Below, in pieces: positions 18,390-26,977 of a DNA stretch of 45,310 nucleotides. Where the stretch lies: positions 1-45,310 of IMG/VR virus record IMGVR_UViG_3300014613_000009. One strand, 5' to 3'. This DNA is from a virus (Duplodnaviria > Caudoviricetes). Both the position numbers and the translations under genes were made by a program. Position 1 is the first letter of the stretch. Each line of letters begins with the position of its first letter. Below the pieces are notes generated by a model that was given only the letters and a program-made list of their open reading frames with translations, was not told the origin of the DNA and searched no databases.

Positions 18390-18739
18390 TCGATTTTGAA
18401 ACCGAGATGCTCAATCATCCTTATCGCTTCGGGAAAGTCCAGTCTCACATACGCCTGCAATCTCTTTAATTTGTGGATTTTTATAAGCTCATCCAGCCAT
18501 TCCTTGATTATCCTGTAACCCGATTTCATCATAGTCCTGCCGTATTCGCTTATATCTACCCATACCCAAGCTGTAACGGAGTTTATAAGCTGTATTCCGC
18601 CGACGCCGAGAACAACCCCATCCTGCTCTACGGCATAAGCGTAGGCAATCTGCGAAGGCATTTTATCGAATATGCCTTTTGACGCCGAATGAACAGCCAT
18701 AAACTCAATGTCCGATTCCGTCATTTCCCGAAACTTCAT
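18323..18739 (-). CDS. GNAT-fold protein (T7 gp13-equivalent position)
   Basis: GVGG...AWVW...RLQAYV...AIRMIEHLGFKIE pattern. Confidence 0.75.
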   Translation of the reverse strand: MKFREMTESDIEFMAVHSASKGIFDKMPSQIAYAYAVEQDGVVLGVGGIQLINSVTAWVWVDISEYGRTMMKSGYRIIKEWLDELIKIHKLKRLQAYVRLDFPEAIRMIEHLGFKIECVMKKFTDDGKDAFLYVKFME

Positions 18740-19161
18740 TACGCCTCCGATTTCACAAATACGGATATTAAAAAGGCATCCGTTACGCTCGCGGCATCTA
18801 TCGTCATCCCGTTGGCAGACGTTAAATCAGGATTCACGGGAATATAAAATCCTTCGCCTTCGTTGATTTCCAAATCAGCCGTTGTCTCATCAAAAGTAGT
18901 CGTTCCAGCCGTATTGAGCATAATGTAAATCGTGCCCGATGCACACTCTATATAAACTCCGTAAATAGCTCCCACGTCATATTGCGGAAACAAAGTCGAT
19001 AACTGCATCGCAGTTGTCCCCGCCGTTGAATGTATGATATACAAAGGCGAGCCGCTATGCTCCACAGGAACGGTCATCGTCACATCTTCGGTGTCCCAGT
19101 TAACATCGTCTCCAAGCCCCGTAACGCTCCATTTCGTCCTTAATTTTAATTCTCCACTCAT
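18739..19161 (-). CDS. Putative virion structural protein
   Basis: Acidic, beta-rich ORF within the tail operon. Confidence 0.65.
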   Translation of the reverse strand: MSGELKLRTKWSVTGLGDDVNWDTEDVTMTVPVEHSGSPLYIIHSTAGTTAMQLSTLFPQYDVGAIYGVYIECASGTIYIMLNTAGTTTFDETTADLEINEGEGFYIPVNPDLTSANGMTIDAASVTDAFLISVFVKSEA

Positions 19162-19163
19162 TG

Positions 19164-20921
19164 TTATCTCCCGCTTTTAGTCATTCTTGCCACTATTGCC
19201 CGAATCGTGCAGGGCAGCGACCCTGAACCCGTAATCAACATCTTATCTCTTACATCGAACCCGGCGTCGAAAGTGACAATTTTATCGCCTGTAAATAATT
19301 CACCAGCCGTCCAGCCAGCATCGTATAGATTATTGGCATCTTTGCCGTAATAAGCGCCGGCCGTTCTCAAAAAACTGATTACCAATTCGTGTATCTTTTT
19401 AATTGAGCCGTGAGTCGTGCCACCCTGAACGTCCACGTCAATCCTCATCGGCTCAAGTTTGTAAGTATATGATAGTCCGACTGCCGCTTTTGAAACAAGC
19501 GTTTCTACGCCGTCTAACTTGGTCGTTATCTGGCCTGAAGCAACGGTCGCATCGTCAAATTCCACACCATCGCCAAAAACCTTGACTGTCTCGCCTTCGA
19601 GATGATTAAGTTCCGTAATAGTGGAAGTTCCATCGCTGTCATAAACTATACCCGCATCAGCGAAATAGGCGTCCTCAATGTCTGCGAAATTCCGAGACAT
19701 CATTCTTTCTATATGAGTAACGTCCGCCTCATCTATAAGCCTTTGCGCCGACAGCCAGACCTTGTCCTCTTTTACCGAAGGCACAACGCATACGCTCAAA
19801 ACCGTTGCGTCCCCGCCAAGAGGATGTTTCGACCACGCCACAACGTTCTGCTCTCTCTCATAAGTCATTGAAATCAGCGAGCCATCCGAAAGAGTAAGCC
19901 ATAAAATAGAATCGGGATTTCTCTGGTGCGCTATGGACGTTATGCCGGACAGGGTTATATGTTCCGCCAGAGATGTCAGGTCTGGAGAAACATATTTGCC
20001 TTCGGGATATTCCCTGTAAACCAATTCCCTTACTTTTCTGCCCACGTAATCGATGAATAAAATGACATCGTTTACCCTTATCGGCTGAACCATACTGCTG
20101 CCGTAATTCGACTGCTGCTTTATGGAGACGTTGGTCGGCGTTATGGGCGTGTCCAGCTTGTTCGATTTTATGAGCCATTCGTCGCCGGAAGTTCCCACCA
20201 GAAGTGATTCAATCGCCTCTACCCATCGAATGTTGTTCATCGTGGGGACGACTATCCAGAAGGCGTCGTCATCCTCAACCCCCTCGCTGAAATTGTCGTA
20301 ATCGCCGGTCTTGCTGAACCAGACTATCTGCTGCTTTCGCTGGCGCAAAGCGACATACTCAACACCGCCTTCAACTTCTTCGTCCGGTGTTGTGCCTTCG
20401 GAATCCTCGCCTTCCGGCTCAATATCAGGCCAGCTTCCATCTTCTGGTATCATTTCTTCTTCTCCGTTTCCGCTGCCCTCTGCATCGATTGTAATTGGAT
20501 ATATTTCAGAACTTTTTATTTCCCAATAATCAGCAGGCCAGGGAATATGATTCAAGTATTGCCAAAAAAGAATATAAGAGCCTGCGTTTGCATCTTCAGG
20601 AACTTTAACTGTAACCGTAACCCATCCTTCTTCGATTCCGGCGCCCCATTCTATCCCGTCGTCAGTTGACGAGATAACATTGCTCGCTCCTATCGCTTCG
20701 GCAAGAGGCGTAACATCAGGATATTCAGCTATCCAACTATCTATGTATTCCTGAGTAAATACGCATTCCTCAACAAATCCTCCTTCTGTTACGCTTAAAG
20801 TGAGAGCGGCTTTTGTTGTTGTATTATCTGAATTTCTATCAGAGTAAAAATAAAATTCAAAAGTATAAGTTCCACCTTTCTTCCAGACACCATCAAGTTC
20901 TACATTACGAAAATAGCTCAT
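19164..20921 (-). CDS. Tail tubular protein B (nozzle), C-terminal half with an extra N-terminal domain
   Basis: QIVWFSKTGDYDNF, LLVGTSGDEW, DLTSLAEHIT, TYEREQNVVAWSKH; first ~190 aa are unrelated. Confidence 0.85.
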   Translation of the reverse strand: MSYFRNVELDGVWKKGGTYTFEFYFYSDRNSDNTTTKAALTLSVTEGGFVEECVFTQEYIDSWIAEYPDVTPLAEAIGASNVISSTDDGIEWGAGIEEGWVTVTVKVPEDANAGSYILFWQYLNHIPWPADYWEIKSSEIYPITIDAEGSGNGEEEMIPEDGSWPDIEPEGEDSEGTTPDEEVEGGVEYVALRQRKQQIVWFSKTGDYDNFSEGVEDDDAFWIVVPTMNNIRWVEAIESLLVGTSGDEWLIKSNKLDTPITPTNVSIKQQSNYGSSMVQPIRVNDVILFIDYVGRKVRELVYREYPEGKYVSPDLTSLAEHITLSGITSIAHQRNPDSILWLTLSDGSLISMTYEREQNVVAWSKHPLGGDATVLSVCVVPSVKEDKVWLSAQRLIDEADVTHIERMMSRNFADIEDAYFADAGIVYDSDGTSTITELNHLEGETVKVFGDGVEFDDATVASGQITTKLDGVETLVSKAAVGLSYTYKLEPMRIDVDVQGGTTHGSIKKIHELVISFLRTAGAYYGKDANNLYDAGWTAGELFTGDKIVTFDAGFDVRDKMLITGSGSLPCTIRAIVARMTKSGR

Positions 20922-22271
20922 TTATTCTTCCGCATCTAAAATCTGGGTCGGCACTTGAACCGTCCCGCCGTAAATGCACCTGTCCTCGAAAAACGTAACG
21001 CTCGACGGGTAGCCCCGCAATGGCGACCACGCCCCTTCCGCCCATCTTTTCGTGGCGTCAGTGGATTCAAGCTCGACTACGACCTCTATGGCCGCCTCCG
21101 TAGCACTGTTGACATCGGTAACTTTCACTATTCCTTTCGTAACGGCTTCATCGACCGTAATGTCCGCCTTTATTTTGCCCGACTCTCTTTCGCTTACCAC
21201 TGCCCGATACTGGACGTTGTCTGCCTCTTCCTCGCCCGAATATTGAACGTTATACGTATAAGTCCTGTAATTTTCCCAGCCCGCACTATTTTCATTTCTC
21301 TGTAAGGCGACCGTCGCCTTCCACGTTCCCTGTATGACAAAGTGAAAAGTCCCTTTCACGTCTATCGCATCGCAGACCGTCCCGTTATCGCTGATGCTTC
21401 CCTTTGATATCGTGTCCTCTCTCGGATGGGTAAGCTCGAAAATTGACCCGATATGCTCATCCACAAAATAATCATTGCTGCAAGTCAATGTTCCCGTTTC
21501 ACCCGCAGCCGTTTTACTGCTTGCCATTGTAGCCGTATCAGTAACGTCAGGGTCTAACAGGTCGTTTCTTGTAAGGAACGGGCCTTTTTTGAACTCTATA
21601 GCATCAAGCGAAAAAGATGTCGTCGTAGTCCTCGTCAGCTTTCTCGGAGCGTAAGAGGGATGAATTATCCACATAGTATCGGCTAATTGTTTAATATGGA
21701 GTTGAAACAAATGTGCCGTAAGATAGGGCGTCTCAACAAGAACTTCCAAATCGCTTCCGTCAACGAGAACCTCATCCTCATAGAAAAACCGCATATACTT
21801 ATTTCCCAGTTCTATCTTGTAGGAAATTGTCGATGAGTAAATGAAACTTATTATTCTCACCGTCTCAGCTTCATTCAGGGACACCAAAGGATAGTTCGCT
21901 CCGCAATCCCTGCTGTTTGTCCCATCTGAAATTATCTCGCCATCGGTAAAATCACCGTCCAGATTGGTTATAACGTATTCGGTAGAGGACGTAACTTCGA
22001 TTACCCGACAGGTAGTCCCACTTTCGGCGCCCGTAAGGGTCGCCCCGAAAGAAAAGGCAGCCGGAGCAGGCGAGGAGTCCAGCGTCAAAGTCCATAATTG
22101 AGAATTGTATATATGCTTTGTGCCGGGCCTGCGCTCAACGCCGCCGTAAATTCTTGGTAAAAAATTTTCAAGCTGTCGGCAGCCGGACGAATACTTTTCG
22201 ACATCGCTGCGGCAGTCTATCTGCGGAGTAAAAACCCCACCTGTAAAATTGACAAGTCCAACATTACTCAT
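20922..22271 (-). CDS. Tail tubular protein B (nozzle), N-terminal half
   Basis: NFTGG, ENFLPRIYGGVERRPGT, QLADTMWIIHPSYAPRKL, WAEGAWS..RGYPSSVTFFEDR. Confidence 0.85.
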   Translation of the reverse strand: MSNVGLVNFTGGVFTPQIDCRSDVEKYSSGCRQLENFLPRIYGGVERRPGTKHIYNSQLWTLTLDSSPAPAAFSFGATLTGAESGTTCRVIEVTSSTEYVITNLDGDFTDGEIISDGTNSRDCGANYPLVSLNEAETVRIISFIYSSTISYKIELGNKYMRFFYEDEVLVDGSDLEVLVETPYLTAHLFQLHIKQLADTMWIIHPSYAPRKLTRTTTTSFSLDAIEFKKGPFLTRNDLLDPDVTDTATMASSKTAAGETGTLTCSNDYFVDEHIGSIFELTHPREDTISKGSISDNGTVCDAIDVKGTFHFVIQGTWKATVALQRNENSAGWENYRTYTYNVQYSGEEEADNVQYRAVVSERESGKIKADITVDEAVTKGIVKVTDVNSATEAAIEVVVELESTDATKRWAEGAWSPLRGYPSSVTFFEDRCIYGGTVQVPTQILDAEE

Positions 22272-22275
22272 ATAA

Positions 22276-22626
22276 TCAGGTCTTTACTATCGTTTCGTCT
22301 ATTTTCGTTATTCTGTCGTCAAAAACATAAACTATTTTTTCTGTTATCATTTCGAGTATTTCCGTCAAATCGGCCTCTATGGTTACGAGGTCGCCGCTTA
22401 TACTGACTTCGGGAGAGTATTCTCCTGCCCCGACTACGGTAATGCTTTCCTTGACAATTACCCAGTCGCCGGCTTCTATATCGCCGTTATCAGCCACGTA
22501 GTAGCCGGTAGAGCCGATTTCCGGCAGCGACGTTCCGGCAGCCGTGCGCACCGAACCATCCGGCTCGTAAGCGCCGTAAGTGAGCGTCCTTCCGCTTGCC
22601 CATCCAAAATTTATTTCATTTGACAT
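22276..22626 (-). CDS. Putative virion structural protein
   Basis: Coupled ORF between tubular A and tubular B. Confidence 0.65.
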   Translation of the reverse strand: MSNEINFGWASGRTLTYGAYEPDGSVRTAAGTSLPEIGSTGYYVADNGDIEAGDWVIVKESITVVGAGEYSPEVSISGDLVTIEADLTEILEMITEKIVYVFDDRITKIDETIVKT

Positions 22627-23261
22627 TATGTATCCTGCGGATAATTATTGGTCGCTATTCCAAGAGGGGTAAACCTTGCCAAATTCCACGAACTGTAGCC
22701 GGAAGTGTTCATTTCCTGCCTGTCCACAGCCCTGACCTGCGGCATAAGAATATTCAACTCTTTCATTATTCCCTCTTTCAGGGAAGTCGCTTCCGTCCCC
22801 GCCACAGGATGAACCAGCTTCAGGGCAATCTGTAAAACAAGAACTTCCTTGAATAGCGGGTCGAACTCGTCGGGGTCGGTGACTTTCCTTATGTATTTCA
22901 GGTCGAAAGTCTCGTCGTTGCACATCAGCTTGTTCCCTTCTATGGCGCATCTTTTTGACGGCTCATCCATCTGGAAATTGTCGTTGTCCCTGTATAAAGG
23001 CCTCGTCCTTAAATAGTCATCCGGCAGGGAAAACTGATAGTCCCACTCGAAATCAGGGGTATTAGTTTCAGCCGACAGGGTTTTTCTCGCCCTTGCAAAA
23101 GGCCAGTCGTGGCTTCTCAAAAGAGCGTCTCTCGTCGGCTCGTAATGCGTATTGCATTTAAGAGCCACTATGGAAGTCTGCACGGCATAAGTAAAATTGG
23201 CAGCGCCTATCCTGTCGCAGGCCTGATTGCAAACAGTGACTTCTTTCGCAGTAAGAGACAT
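22626..23261 (-). CDS. Tail tubular protein A (adaptor, T7 gp11-like)
   Basis: CNQA..IGA, RDALLRSHDWPFA, YQFSLPDDYLR, FDPLFKEVL. Confidence 0.88.
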   Translation of the reverse strand: MSLTAKEVTVCNQACDRIGAANFTYAVQTSIVALKCNTHYEPTRDALLRSHDWPFARARKTLSAETNTPDFEWDYQFSLPDDYLRTRPLYRDNDNFQMDEPSKRCAIEGNKLMCNDETFDLKYIRKVTDPDEFDPLFKEVLVLQIALKLVHPVAGTEATSLKEGIMKELNILMPQVRAVDRQEMNTSGYSSWNLARFTPLGIATNNYPQDT

Positions 23262-23265
23262 TTGA

Positions 23266-23637
23266 TTATCTCCCGTCTATATATAAAACCACGTCAACGG
23301 TCATTGTGGACGTGCCGGGGTCGCCGGACGGAGTGACCTTAATCGTGATATTGCCGTCAACGCACACCGCAAGCGGCAAGTCCGTGCTGGACAGCGTCCA
23401 GTATTGAAATACCGTCGTGGCGGCTTCGGCAATGCCCGCCTCGCTCCACAAAGTAATACTGTCCTCATCGACTATGGCCGCCGTAGCCGTCTTATTGCCC
23501 GTATTGTCGTTCACCGTGACGGAAATCTGTCTTATTATGCCATTGAGCCGAAGCGCAGAGGAAGACACTGCCGCAGTCCCGCCGTTGGGTATGGTCACTC
23601 TCGGACATTCGTATCTTGATATTCTTTCCTGTCTCAT
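23266..23637 (-). CDS. Small beta-sandwich virion protein
   Basis: Beta-rich; AAGGA RBS; position after the head genes. Confidence 0.65.
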   Translation of the reverse strand: MRQERISRYECPRVTIPNGGTAAVSSSALRLNGIIRQISVTVNDNTGNKTATAAIVDEDSITLWSEAGIAEAATTVFQYWTLSSTDLPLAVCVDGNITIKVTPSGDPGTSTMTVDVVLYIDGR

Positions 23638-23650
23638 ATAATAATTCCTT

Positions 23651-23679
23651 AAAAAGGGGGCGAGTCCAGCCCGCCCCCC
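23651..23679 (-). terminator. Rho-independent terminator
   Basis: GGGGGCG/CGCCCCC stem followed by TTTTT on the minus strand. Confidence 0.8.
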
Positions 23680-23804
23680 TACTTTAACCAGTTATCAAAG
23701 AACATTTCTAACTCATCGGGACTTCTTCTGACCAAAACGAAAGCTGCATAATCGCAAAAATTCACAATCCCATTTTCGTCAAAGTCAAAGCGTCCCCTTA
23801 CTAT
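23679..23804 (-). other. Cryptic dockerin-like coding segment in the -1 frame of the 764-aa ORF
   Basis: Translates IVRGRFDFDENGIVNFCDYAAFVLVRRSPDELEMFFDNWLK-stop, ending at the terminator. Confidence 0.7.
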
Positions 23805-26095
23805 AAAGTTCCTCCGCCTCCTGCCACAACGTTTCCGGTGGCGTCAAGCGGAGTCCACCAGACGTGGAATACAATCGTTCCATCGGCAATGTCCTGCACC
23901 TGACAGTCGAGGCCGACATCGAGACCTCCGACAACGACAAAATCAAAGAACCCGCTTGCCCCGATTGCCGTATGCTCCGTCGGGGACGTATCAAGCCAGA
24001 TTTCGCCTGAATCAAGATTCGTATTGTCTGCGCCTTCGGTGTTAATGACGGTGGCCGCAAGAATAACGTCCTCACTGGTTCCCGCCCACAAAGCTATCGT
24101 GCCTCCGTCAGTTCCCGTGCAGGTATCGGTGCATTCCATTAAAAGCCGGATTCGCACCGCTCCGGTAACAGTAAGAACCTCGTCCGTCTCGCCTGAGAGA
24201 CCCCAGTGTCCGGCTCCGGTAGTGCCGTCAAAATCAACCGTAACGGCAAGATAGTGAGAAGTGTCATAGGCCGGAAGCGCAGCGCCCTCGAATCTTCCAA
24301 GCATCTGGGTTATGCGCCCATTGCAGTCGTCAACGTGATTGTTCGTCCAGAGATTGGAATCCTCAACTACGGACACGGCGTAATCGTTGCACTCTCCGAT
24401 ATAAGTCTTTGTATAGCTGTTGCAATCTTCCAAATTGTTGTTAGACCACAGATTAGAATCCTCGGCTATAGACACCGCATAATCATTACACTCGCTAATG
24501 TAAGTCTTCGTGTAGCTGTTGCAGTCGCTCAAATTGTTGTTAGACCATAAGTTGGAATCAACTATTAAGGACACTGAATAGTCATTACACTCGCCTATGT
24601 AAGTCCTTGTATAGCTATTGCAGTCTTCCAGATTGTTGTTCGTCCAGAGATTCACATCGACCACTCTGTCAGAAATGGCTTCCAGAGAGTCGGTCGTATT
24701 ATTATACGAAGTCTTTATCGGAGAGGCCGATTTGGACATCAAAAACGCCATTATCGACTCGGTGGCGACTGAATCGGGATACGTCAAAGACGCACTCCTG
24801 TCATCGGCGGCAATCAGTTTATCGAGAGAATCGGCCTCAATAGCGTCAGTTGCTTCGCCCTCTATCGCCGCAAGAGCGGTGGCGTTCCATGATGTTGTCC
24901 CTCCGCTCTGAGGAACCGTTGCAACGGCGTCTGCAATAGCTTGCAATGAATCGGTGGTATTATCGAAGGTCGATGCCGTTGCCGTAGTGCCAGAAACCAT
25001 AATAAAGGCGAAAAGCGAGTCCGGCTCTACATTGTCAGGATAGTTGTTTGTGGCAGCAGTCGCCTTTTTAAGCGCCCATCCAGGCCCTGCTTCCGCATCC
25101 TCGGCTGCGCCGTAATCCGCCTCGATATTCATGGCGTTCTCCATACTTCCGGGGTCAACAATCGTGCCTGGAGTATCGGATGCGCAGTAATTGGAATACA
25201 AAAGGCCTGTAGCCGTTGTGGAAAACTCTATGGCGTGGATTCCAGTATGGATATTCGTAATGACATTGTAGGCAATATAAGAATGCGTATCAATGTCGTC
25301 ACTGAATATCGCAGCGTCGGCATAATCGCCAAGCACGTAGTTATTAACAACTCTGATATTGTCAATCACTCCTACCGTCATATCCAGCCACGTATTGGCA
25401 CCATCAGATGTCGAGGAAACAGAGATTGCGATGCAGTTTGAAATAATCAAATCGTCTGCGGCGGCATCGGGTTGAATTGCATCTAGGAACTCATCGGTCG
25501 ATGCAGCCTCACCATCCATAAACTCGCAGTTGTCTATAATTGAACCGTCGGCGTCCGCCTCGATTTCTATGGCATGGACGACCTGGTTATAACCCGGCTG
25601 AAACGTAAGATTGTAAAGTTTCACGTTCGCAGCGCCTATTACCAGTTCCGCATCGGCATCATCGTAGTCAAATCTCGGCCTGTTGGAGCCGGTTCCAAGC
25701 CCTATAATCGTCACGCCGATAACGTCAATGTCGGCGCTGTCAGTCCCGGTCCAGTTCTCATTATGACCGGCTGCGACGTAAATAACGTCTCCATTATTGT
25801 CGCTGCACAGGGCAACGGCGGCGTCAAGGGTCGTCATGGCGTCCGTCAAGCTAATGCCGGTTCCAAGTCCCGTAGCGCCACTATCGACGTAAAAAGAGTT
25901 TCCCGTCCCCGCCCCTTCTCCGGTAACCTTGGAATGGAGAAGGTCGAGCGAGGCCTTGACGCTGTCGTCCTGAGCGTTGCCGCCATCGCCGGAAAATCCG
26001 CCTATCATATCATTGGTCTGCTTTATCCTTGTCGCGTAGCACGGCAAAACGAAAAGCAGAACCAGAACAATCATAAATATCTTTTTGGTATTCAT
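23801..26095 (-). CDS. Signal-peptide-bearing head-fibre/spike-like protein (beta-helix, hendecad stalk, C-terminal beta domain)
   Basis: Leader MNTKKIFMIVLVLLFVLPCYA; pectin-lyase-like start FYVDSG...TTLDAAV...GDVIYVAAGH. Confidence 0.75.
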   Translation of the reverse strand: MNTKKIFMIVLVLLFVLPCYATRIKQTNDMIGGFSGDGGNAQDDSVKASLDLLHSKVTGEGAGTGNSFYVDSGATGLGTGISLTDAMTTLDAAVALCSDNNGDVIYVAAGHNENWTGTDSADIDVIGVTIIGLGTGSNRPRFDYDDADAELVIGAANVKLYNLTFQPGYNQVVHAIEIEADADGSIIDNCEFMDGEAASTDEFLDAIQPDAAADDLIISNCIAISVSSTSDGANTWLDMTVGVIDNIRVVNNYVLGDYADAAIFSDDIDTHSYIAYNVITNIHTGIHAIEFSTTATGLLYSNYCASDTPGTIVDPGSMENAMNIEADYGAAEDAEAGPGWALKKATAATNNYPDNVEPDSLFAFIMVSGTTATASTFDNTTDSLQAIADAVATVPQSGGTTSWNATALAAIEGEATDAIEADSLDKLIAADDRSASLTYPDSVATESIMAFLMSKSASPIKTSYNNTTDSLEAISDRVVDVNLWTNNNLEDCNSYTRTYIGECNDYSVSLIVDSNLWSNNNLSDCNSYTKTYISECNDYAVSIAEDSNLWSNNNLEDCNSYTKTYIGECNDYAVSVVEDSNLWTNNHVDDCNGRITQMLGRFEGAALPAYDTSHYLAVTVDFDGTTGAGHWGLSGETDEVLTVTGAVRIRLLMECTDTCTGTDGGTIALWAGTSEDVILAATVINTEGADNTNLDSGEIWLDTSPTEHTAIGASGFFDFVVVGGLDVGLDCQVQDIADGTIVFHVWWTPLDATGNVVAGGGGTL
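24320..24658 (-). repeat. 99-nt (33 aa = 3 x 11) tandem repeat, about 3.4 copies
   Basis: Units of DSNLWSNNNLE-DCNSYTKTYIG-ECNDYAVSxxx. Confidence 0.92.
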
Positions 26096-26113
26096 TTTTA
26101 GTTCTCCTTTCGT

Positions 26114-26902
26114 TTATTGCTCAAGTTTCAAATCGACAATGGCATAATCAGCAGCAGCAGCGGCATACATAACAATTCCCCACTCGGTAGCGGTATGAGC
26201 ACCCATCGCCCCCACCGCACCGGCAGTATCGTGGGTCTCCGGCTCGCCGCAAGGGTCGCCAACAACAAGGGTCTCACTGCCATCTACTAATAGCGGAGCA
26301 GGGCCTTTGGTCTTCGCCCAGAAATAGTAACTCGCCGTTACGGTCACAAGCGGCACACCTATCGGCTGGCCTGTCTTGGTGGTCGGGGCGACAACCACGT
26401 CACGATACTTGTTCTTAACAAGAGTGATATTATCAGTAGCGGCAATAGCCGTCCTGATACCACCGGTATCGGCAATTTCGATGTTCAGAACCGTATCGGA
26501 AGTCGTCCAGATATTATCTTTAATCAGATACATATCTCCTGCGCCACTGCCCTGATTGACCAACATCCAGCCATCTATCAGGTCGTGGTCTGCAAGACCC
26601 GAAGCCGTAGTCACAAGACAGTCGAACTTAACTGCGTTGACGGCAACGCCATAAGCGGTTTGAAGCTCGTCCTCAAGCGTGGCCGTCACTACCGGCGATT
26701 GCGCCATAAGAGCCTTGGTAATGCCTGTGCCGGAATCCTTGCAATATCTGTATTTGCCGCCGTCACGGTCAGTATATAAAGCCCCTATCGGATACTTCTG
26801 GTCTGCCGTCGGATGAAACAAGTCCGAAGCGGCCTTTAGCTGCACCGGCTGGTTTATCATATAGTGTCCTCCTTGCGACCAGTTCAAATTTATGTAACTC
26901 AT
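26114..26902 (-). CDS. Probable capsid decoration/cement protein
   Basis: Directly downstream of the capsid gene; G.LY...DG.KYRYCK and YYFWAKTKGP motifs. Confidence 0.6.
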   Translation of the reverse strand: MSYINLNWSQGGHYMINQPVQLKAASDLFHPTADQKYPIGALYTDRDGGKYRYCKDSGTGITKALMAQSPVVTATLEDELQTAYGVAVNAVKFDCLVTTASGLADHDLIDGWMLVNQGSGAGDMYLIKDNIWTTSDTVLNIEIADTGGIRTAIAATDNITLVKNKYRDVVVAPTTKTGQPIGVPLVTVTASYYFWAKTKGPAPLLVDGSETLVVGDPCGEPETHDTAGAVGAMGAHTATEWGIVMYAAAAADYAIVDLKLEQ

Positions 26903-26977
26903 CTTAATTTCCTTTCAAAAAAGCTGTGCATTGCACAGTGCCCTTAACCGGCATACAAATTAGCCGCCGGGCTGTTA

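Noticed and set aside
20340-20960. Self-splicing intron or intein in tail tubular B
   Set aside because: No group I/II core, no homing endonuclease motif and no intein C/S...HN ends; the insert reads as a beta-rich domain plus acidic linker.
19164-23803. Genome-wide stop-codon reassignment
   Set aside because: Genes are full length and tightly packed under code 11 and all three stops are used as ends; the TAA ATG junction is isolated.
23785-24075. 96-aa overlapping ORF ending at a prfB-like CTT TGA C site as a real gene
   Set aside because: It is a +1-frame shadow of the 764-aa gene with no RBS and no protein-like features; noted only as a less likely route into the dockerin frame.
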